From NCBI RefSeq assembly GCF_001735745.1, contig NZ_CP017260.1, positions 1,950,001 to 1,982,000 of the forward strand: DNA of 32,000 bases, written 5' to 3'. Positions 18,642-24,418 of this stretch are shown here, piece by piece. Made by a program: the position numbers and the translations under genes. Position 1 is the first letter of the stretch; every line of letters starts with the position of its first letter. The notes beneath the pieces were generated by a model. It was not told where the DNA came from and did no database searches. It saw only the letters and a list, made by a program, of their open reading frames with translations. Origin of the DNA: Formosa sp. Hel1_33_131. GTDB taxonomy: Bacteria; Bacteroidota; Bacteroidia; Flavobacteriales; Flavobacteriaceae.

Positions 18642-18723
18642 AAAAATAACAGGAGCTATCCAGCCGAAACAGAACCGAAGTAATGAGAGCTGTCGGGCGT
18701 TACCGCTACCGAACTCCTGCTGT
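18642..18723 (-). other. GC-rich structured intergenic element (candidate small RNA or complex terminator)
   Basis: A 10-bp closing helix (18712-18721 with 18648-18657) encloses a GCG-GUAA-CGC hairpin (18697-18706) and an AC-UUCG-GU hairpin (18674-18681). UUAUUUUU follows. GC is about 55% in a roughly 30% GC context. Confidence 0.35.
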
Positions 18724-18789
18724 ATTGTTAGAAAAATGTTGTTAATAATCATTGTTCTGTTTCTTTTGATGGTTCAAATATAAGAAAAA

Positions 18790-19524
18790 TTAATTAAAGT
18801 AGTTTTTTATCAATTCAGAAATACGATCATTGACATCTCTCATCTTCTTTTCATAAATCTCTAGCTTTTCAACATTCCCTGATTTTATATTTTTTGATAC
18901 GTTTGGTGCAATTTTAATTTTCTCTTTTCTCAACGCTTCGTACCCTTCGAGTGTTTTTAAATCCTCAATTGCTTTATCTAATTTTAAAGAGAAAAAAGGT
19001 TTATATTCTTTTTTTCGAGCATTTAAAAATTGAGATGCTTTGGGCGGGGTGGTTTTAAATAACTCTGGAATGAATGTTTTTTCTTGCAATTCAAAAATCC
19101 TATAAATAACGTTATTATAGACATCTTGAAATAGATAAATCTCATTATAACTGATCCATTTATACAACTCGGGCAAGTCGTATTTATTAGGGTCGATTTC
19201 ATTTATTTTATTTTTAATAGTAGTATAAACTTCATCTGAAAAATTTATTTTATTGTATTTCCATTCACAATATTTAAACACTAATTTATAAGGATCTGAC
19301 TTATTTATAACCGATATAATGACAGCATCATATTTAGTTGATCTAGATTTTTCTTTACACTTTATGTATTTTTCTTTTTCATAGCCATCCTTATACATCG
19401 CCCTGACTTCTGCTCCAGCTTTAAAGTTTGGAAGATTGTCCAAATCATCTAAAATTTTAAAATTTGATTTGATTTGAGGTTTTTTTGGTGTTTTGGGACC
19501 AAACAATTTTTTTAAAAAATTCAT
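18790..19524 (-). CDS. AT-rich orphan protein (244 aa), probable moron
   Basis: The long ORF is K/N/I/Y-rich. Individual 60-nt lines run 12-37% GC. The tracked start at 19608 would run through the upstream terminator hairpin, so the ATG at 19524 (MNFLKKLFG...) is preferred. Confidence 0.65.
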   Translation of the reverse strand: MNFLKKLFGPKTPKKPQIKSNFKILDDLDNLPNFKAGAEVRAMYKDGYEKEKYIKCKEKSRSTKYDAVIISVINKSDPYKLVFKYCEWKYNKINFSDEVYTTIKNKINEIDPNKYDLPELYKWISYNEIYLFQDVYNNVIYRIFELQEKTFIPELFKTTPPKASQFLNARKKEYKPFFSLKLDKAIEDLKTLEGYEALRKEKIKIAPNVSKNIKSGNVEKLEIYEKKMRDVNDRISELIKNYFN

Positions 19525-19555
19525 AGGTTTAAGATTTAAGGTTTGCGAAATGTAC

Positions 19556-19588
19556 AAAAAAAAAAAACCACTCTTTTTGGGAGTGGTT
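19556..19588 (-). terminator. strong rho-independent terminator after the 61-aa gene B
   Basis: The minus strand reads AACCACTC-ccaaaaa-GAGTGGTT followed by Us (a 12-nt A-run on the plus strand at 19556-19567). It starts 8 nt after the stop at 19596. Confidence 0.7.
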
Positions 19589-19595
19589 ATAAATG

Positions 19596-19781
19596 TTAGT
19601 TTAAACAAAACTTCCTTACTTTTTTGGTTTTGATTCCAGTGGTGTCTTTTTCAAAACGGTACTGGTGCGCGCTGCACTCAAAAAAAAACAGCATGGCTTC
19701 TGAGGATAGTTTGCCGCTTTTGTGAAGTGCTTTTAATTCTTCATAAGCTTTGGCTTTGAAATGTTCGTGTATGTTACTCAT
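19596..19781 (-). CDS. small conserved hypothetical protein, paralog B (61 aa)
   Basis: It is about 70% identical to paralog A by eye, with 36 of the first 45 residues identical. It contains a T9 tract encoding FFF. Its start is in an ATGA overlap with an upstream reading frame. Confidence 0.65.
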   Translation of the reverse strand: MSNIHEHFKAKAYEELKALHKSGKLSSEAMLFFFECSAHQYRFEKDTTGIKTKKVRKFCLN

Positions 19782-20158
19782 AATTCAACGTCTTTAAAAT
19801 CGTCTTCTTTAAATCTTATGGTGATGTAAGACGGTCGATTGGTAATGGATCAGATTTTTTTTTCTGGAAACATTTCGAGGACATCTTCTCGGTTTATGAA
19901 GTTAACAAGAAACGGGTGTTTTGGTTTGGGGTTTTTCATAATGGATTTGGTTTAAGCAAAAGAGCTTGTAGAATCCCAAAACCAAAAATAATTGTGGCAC
20001 ATTTCTGGGCGCTAACTCTTTTGTTGTTGTTAAAAATTTGGTTCTAATAATCATAGGCTTTGGGACTTACGAAAGTGCAATATACTACAACTAAATAGAA
20101 TGTTTAACATTTTTTAAAAATAATTAAACAGAAATAACCCAAATAAGAAGTAAAATTT

Positions 20159-20677
20159 TTACAAATCGCTCCATTTTGTTTTATCCGGACAGTCGGGTAC
20201 AGTATTTTTTAACGTCAGCTCGCAACGGTACCCAAATAATCTGTCCGAAAAAATAGGACCTACTTTAAAAAAATGAAAACTTGATCTGTCCACCAATCCA
20301 TACATCCAATTTTTGTTGCCACTGGCGTCCACTGTTTGTTTGGAATCGTGAATGATGCGCGCCTCTATTTCAAAACAAATTTTTTGGCAATGGTCCAGGA
20401 CTTCGTTTTGAGATTGGTAGGCATCTGCATGAGCGGTGGGCGTGTTTGGCTTTCCCAGTATGGTAATGGCGGTGGTGTTTTTATGGATGGTTTTGCCGGG
20501 TCCTCCGGTGGTTTGGGTTTCAATAGCATCAATGAGCATAAGAGGGGTGTTTATCCCAGACCGCATGGCACCGGAAGCATCGAGAACGTTCCATCTGTAC
20601 GATTCGTTAATATCTGCATGTTTGGTAGCTAAATCTTCTAAATAGGTGACAATATCTAAAAATGAAGTTCTAGGCAT
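20159..20677 (-). CDS. hypothetical virion/tail-module protein (172 aa)
   Basis: The ORF overlaps the upstream gene by 8 nt and has a beta-rich composition. I recognise no family. Confidence 0.6.
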   Translation of the reverse strand: MPRTSFLDIVTYLEDLATKHADINESYRWNVLDASGAMRSGINTPLMLIDAIETQTTGGPGKTIHKNTTAITILGKPNTPTAHADAYQSQNEVLDHCQKICFEIEARIIHDSKQTVDASGNKNWMYGLVDRSSFHFFKVGPIFSDRLFGYRCELTLKNTVPDCPDKTKWSDL

Positions 20678-21413
20678 AGGGCTTGTTTTTTAGTTGGTTT
20701 TCAAATTCAGACATAAATACATAGACGTTGGTGTCTTTGGTTTCGTTGTGAGTGCCGAATTTCCCACCAGAAAAATGAAGTACTAATTTTCCAAAACCGC
20801 TTGATTTTGGTGTTTTTGCATTTTCTTTTGGTTTTGGAAATACGGTTGGAAATTGTTTGAACAAATGCGTTCGAGATCCTTGGTAGCTTAGTAGGATGGC
20901 CAGCAGAGTTTCTTGATTGAGTTTTGATAAATGCCGCGCTCGGGCGTCCAATTCGGTTTTGTCAAAGGGTTTTCGTTTGCCATTGGCGTCCAACTCCCGA
21001 TAGAGGACTGCCACTAAATAACGAAGGTATTCGAAGTCTTTATCGTTGAACCATCCTAAATAGAGGTCTTCAGCGTGTGCAAACTCATCCACGGTTAGGT
21101 TATTGATCCGATCGGATGGCGCGAACCATTTTTGGGATTTGATTTTGATGCATGGGATAAAGGTTGTGAGATCCAGTCCGGACTGCAACCAACTGTATTC
21201 TTTTTTTAAATTTGAGAGCGTGACATTTAACAATGTTTTTTGGACTTTCCATTTTTTACGAAAGTGCCACCACCTCACATTGAGCAAAACCAAAAATATT
21301 TTGTAATCAAAAATAATTCCAGACAAATTGGAATGCGAATATCTGGCAATTTTTTTGAGTTGCCAGATATTTAAATCATTCCACGATGTTGGTATTTTTA
21401 AGTTAATGGTCAT
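20670..21413 (-). CDS. hypothetical protein (247 aa), W/K-rich
   Basis: The ORF is tightly packed behind the holin-like gene. I recognise no family. Confidence 0.6.
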   Translation of the reverse strand: MTINLKIPTSWNDLNIWQLKKIARYSHSNLSGIIFDYKIFLVLLNVRWWHFRKKWKVQKTLLNVTLSNLKKEYSWLQSGLDLTTFIPCIKIKSQKWFAPSDRINNLTVDEFAHAEDLYLGWFNDKDFEYLRYLVAVLYRELDANGKRKPFDKTELDARARHLSKLNQETLLAILLSYQGSRTHLFKQFPTVFPKPKENAKTPKSSGFGKLVLHFSGGKFGTHNETKDTNVYVFMSEFENQLKNKPYA

Positions 21414-21416
21414 ATT

Positions 21417-21872
21417 TTACTTTAGTAACGATTTAATTTTTTCAAAAGTACGGCCGCCAAAATACGCCAATACAACGGTCATCATAACCTTTTCAAACGT
21501 GTCATTCCAAAGTGGATTGATAGTGAACCCAATGCCGTCAATACTGTCTAAAATACCGCAAAGCGTAAAAATAACAACGCACCAAATCAGAACCATGGGT
21601 CTAACGTTTTTGGACATCCAACTATCACTTAATTGACCCGATTTCCAACGAGCGGTAATTGATTCCATTTCCTTGTTTTGTTGGTCATAGATGAGTGTCT
21701 GAAGTTTGATTTTATCTTCATTAGAAATTTGACTTTGCGCAATCGCTTCGATTGCTTCTTCGGGTGTTGAAAGACCTTCCAAAATACTGCCTAATGGTGG
21801 TGAAATCATGGATACAGCTCCAAGCAACAATTTGCCTACCGTGGTGTCTTTAAATTTTTTCTTTGGTTTCAT
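21417..21872 (-). CDS. 3TM-type holin-like protein (GTA_holin_3TM-like)
   Basis: It has a G/L-rich N-terminus, an amphipathic segment, then W.SKNVRPMVLIWCVVIF and further TM segments. This matches my recollection of the holin-of-3TMs family. The ATG at 21872 forms an ATGA overlap with the endolysin stop, whereas the tracked start at 21926 lies inside the endolysin gene. Confidence 0.55.
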   Translation of the reverse strand: MKPKKKFKDTTVGKLLLGAVSMISPPLGSILEGLSTPEEAIEAIAQSQISNEDKIKLQTLIYDQQNKEMESITARWKSGQLSDSWMSKNVRPMVLIWCVVIFTLCGILDSIDGIGFTINPLWNDTFEKVMMTVVLAYFGGRTFEKIKSLLK

Positions 21873-22303
21873 AAGTAAATAATTAGAGGTTTTTCTGTTG
21901 TGTTCATATACCCAACATGCACCCATTTTAAGGTGTCTTCAAAATTTTCGAGTGTGTTTATTTTTTTTAGTTTCCCTGATTTTATTAATTCAATAATGAA
22001 ATTATACAATTCTCGTAACAGTCCATTTACAGGCTCTAAATCAAATGTAGTGCCTTGTTTGTGTGTGGAATAAAACGACCCGTCTTTATCGTTTGGTGGG
22101 CGTAATCCTCTGGAGTCTAGTCCGTGATTTAAACGATTTACATAGATCCCTGAGCCGTACACTTTATACCACTCATCTCGGATGGTTTGCAAATCAAGTA
22201 AACATTCAGCATCGAGGCGTCTCCATGTGTGTTTTTCTCCAATTGCCTTTATGATTTGAGGATGCGCCAACTCATGTATGTTGTAGTTTTTTGGGATGTA
22301 CAT
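21869..22303 (-). CDS. endolysin, peptidase M15 (VanY / L-Ala-D-Glu peptidase-like zinc peptidase)
   Basis: SRGLRPPNDKDGSFYSTHKQGTTFDLEP carries the H-x6-D zinc ligands, and WVHVGY carries the third His. There is no signal peptide. Confidence 0.75.
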   Translation of the reverse strand: MYIPKNYNIHELAHPQIIKAIGEKHTWRRLDAECLLDLQTIRDEWYKVYGSGIYVNRLNHGLDSRGLRPPNDKDGSFYSTHKQGTTFDLEPVNGLLRELYNFIIELIKSGKLKKINTLENFEDTLKWVHVGYMNTTEKPLIIYL

Positions 22304-22630
22304 TTATTTATTTTTTAATTGTTCATTTATTTTTTCTAAAGCTTTTTTCAATTCAGCCTCTCTTTTCTCGTGTATGTCCACAAGTGCATTACACCGAATC
22401 AAAACCTGTGCGACGATTACAAACAGCCAAAAATTAAATAATCCTCCGTAAGCAAAAAATATCAACGACCCTATAACACCTGTTAAAATGTCAATGATCA
22501 ATGACTTTAAAAGCTTCATGTCGTGAACATGATTATATACGCGCCGGAGTGCCCAAACGTCGATGACGAGCGAAGCAATAAACAGCCATAATGTGTATTC
22601 GTTTTGTGACAGTAAAAAAATTAAGTCCAT
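22304..22630 (-). CDS. membrane protein (3 TM plus charged coiled C-terminus), holin/antiholin candidate
   Basis: It has three hydrophobic helices followed by EKREAELKKALEKINEQLKNK. It lies directly upstream of the endolysin. Confidence 0.5.
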   Translation of the reverse strand: MDLIFLLSQNEYTLWLFIASLVIDVWALRRVYNHVHDMKLLKSLIIDILTGVIGSLIFFAYGGLFNFWLFVIVAQVLIRCNALVDIHEKREAELKKALEKINEQLKNK

Positions 22631-23010
22631 TATTTAAAAATTTTATTTTTGATTTTATCAAGAATTCCTGTAACATTATTGCGTATAAACGCTATAATTT
22701 GATGAGGCGCAATAGATACGACTGCAAAGGATACATACACTGCAATTGGAGGTATCTTAGAGCTATGATACACTATAACTGAGCCTAGCACTCCTAAGAA
22801 AATACTCAGCACCAAACCGCTTACAACGTCTTTTTTTGAAAATGAATTGGATTCACCAAATAAGTCACCAACCGCAAAAGCAAATAAGTAAAGCCCAATC
22901 AAAAGCCCCATTGCTGTTAGATTTTCTTTGTTAAAAAAATAATCAGTCAAGCCTGCGGCTACGTTGATGTATATAAAGTTAGTAAAGGCAAATAGTGCTT
23001 TAATTTTCAT
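22630..23010 (-). CDS. membrane protein (about 4 TM), holin candidate
   Basis: It has four hydrophobic segments in 126 aa. Its stop overlaps the next gene's start by 1 nt. Confidence 0.45.
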   Translation of the reverse strand: MKIKALFAFTNFIYINVAAGLTDYFFNKENLTAMGLLIGLYLFAFAVGDLFGESNSFSKKDVVSGLVLSIFLGVLGSVIVYHSSKIPPIAVYVSFAVVSIAPHQIIAFIRNNVTGILDKIKNKIFK

Positions 23011-23022
23011 TTTCTTATTTAA

Positions 23023-24399
23023 TTATAATTGAATCCAAGCTGTGCCGTTATAACCATACCAACCCTTCGTTGCGTCTGTTTGATAAATCATTAGCCCTTC
23101 TTCTGGGCTTATAATAGCATCTCGTTGTACTTCCGTCATACGTGGTGGTAAAAAGCCTTGTGATGTGCTGTCTAATTGTAGCTTTGCTGAAGCGCTTGGC
23201 GTTGCTGTTCCTATACCTACATTTGTTCCGTTGTCGAATATTTGACTATCTGCCTCAGTGTCTGAATCAGTGAATTTAGATAAATAATTAGCTGTTCCTG
23301 TGCCATCTATGTAATTTAATGATTCTAAATACTCTTTGTTAATCAACACTTTATTGCTTGCGTTTTCAATATTAGAAACACTGCCTGTATAATTTAATAT
23401 TCCTCCAAAATCTGATTCAGTTTCTCCTTGGTTGTGTATAAATCTGAACTTTTTGTTAATAGCTTCTAGTTTAGTTTTCATGGCGGCAACATCAGAACCT
23501 CCTCCTCCTGCTAAATAAGTTAAATCTCCTTGAACATCTAAATTGGGATTACTGTGATCTATGTCGAAATCCATGAATATAGTCTCTCCGCCAGTAATAT
23601 GTCCTTGCTTTAAATCTAAAACGGGATGTGAAGTCTGGAAATAACCAGTCACATTTGGATTATCAGCTAACAATGTTATGCTAGTACCTCTCCCTACTCC
23701 ATTTATACTTTGCACTTTAGTACCTCTCGCCCTCACATCCATTGCTTCTCCAATGAGAAATGTTGTAGTGCCTTCTCCATCTAAATTAACTTCTAAATCT
23801 CTTCCATATAAAACTAATGAATCAAAATCACCAGTTTTCTCAACTATTAATTGTACCCCTTTCGTTCCCGTTTCATTATCCGTTCCAGAACGTGTAATAG
23901 TCTTGTGTTCCCCGTGATAATAACCCGTTCCAGTTGGATTATGGGTTCTTTCTAATATTTTTACTTCATTAGCCATCGCTCCTCCAAGTAATGGGTTTTC
24001 AATTATTTTTTGAAAAACCGTTGAGTTTAGTGTGTGAGTATCTGTTGTTCCAATGGATATTTTTTTAGAAAGCAAAGTTATTTTTTCGGTGGCATCATCT
24101 ATTTTTATTTTTGTACCGTTTGAAGTGTCATCATGATCGCCAACAATGGTTATAGCATCACCACCTGCCCGTGTTCCACTTTCTGTAAACGTTTCCAGTT
24201 GGATTTGAGCCAACAAATTAGCTGCACTGATCCAAGTATTCATTTTTAAATTCGTGTCCAATAAAGGAATTTTCACCGCTGTTGTGACCTCTGTGGCGTT
24301 TGGAAATTTAGCACCAGTGGAATGTTGTATTGGAGTTCCGGATTGCGCTCCTAAACTTAAGGAGGTAATAAAAAGCAGTACTTTTAATATAGTTTTCAT
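23023..24399 (-). CDS. fibre-like protein with an N-terminal signal peptide (458 aa)
   Basis: MKTILKVLLFITSLSLGAQS looks like an SPase I signal. The C-terminal block is GTGTANYLSKF...SQIFDNGTNVGIGTATPSASAKLQLD...GFLPPRMTEVQRDAI..EGLMIYQTD...YNGTAWIQL. It resembles fibre and surface-protein termini I recall from Bacteroidota. Confidence 0.5.
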   Translation of the reverse strand: MKTILKVLLFITSLSLGAQSGTPIQHSTGAKFPNATEVTTAVKIPLLDTNLKMNTWISAANLLAQIQLETFTESGTRAGGDAITIVGDHDDTSNGTKIKIDDATEKITLLSKKISIGTTDTHTLNSTVFQKIIENPLLGGAMANEVKILERTHNPTGTGYYHGEHKTITRSGTDNETGTKGVQLIVEKTGDFDSLVLYGRDLEVNLDGEGTTTFLIGEAMDVRARGTKVQSINGVGRGTSITLLADNPNVTGYFQTSHPVLDLKQGHITGGETIFMDFDIDHSNPNLDVQGDLTYLAGGGGSDVAAMKTKLEAINKKFRFIHNQGETESDFGGILNYTGSVSNIENASNKVLINKEYLESLNYIDGTGTANYLSKFTDSDTEADSQIFDNGTNVGIGTATPSASAKLQLDSTSQGFLPPRMTEVQRDAIISPEEGLMIYQTDATKGWYGYNGTAWIQL

Positions 24400-24418
24400 A
24401 TTTTTTGTTTTTATATTT

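Noticed and set aside
18642-18723. The GC-rich element as a tRNA or tRNA fragment
   Set aside because: I tried cloverleaf folds on both strands. I found no T-arm (GTTCRANYC-like) next to the closing helix, no D-arm, and no 7-nt anticodon loop in register.
19902-20054. A 50-aa minus-strand ORF (MIIRTKFLTTTKELAPRNVPQLFLVLGFYKLFCLNQIHYEKPQTKTPVSC) in the non-coding part of the island
   Set aside because: It is short and overlaps the MKNPKPK... frame in another register. It has no coupling or motif support, so there is too little evidence to call it.
20221-20250. A possible fourth copy of the conserved motif (aaaaataggacctactttaaaaa)
   Set aside because: It lies inside the 172-aa coding sequence. 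Its core differs (GGACCTAC versus GGACATAAA), and no gene start follows it.
23023-24399. A diversity-generating retroelement targeting the C-terminal domain of the 458-aa fibre-like protein
   Set aside because: There is no reverse transcriptase ORF (no YxDD-type protein) in the window. I could find no second, template-repeat copy of the 3' end of the gene.
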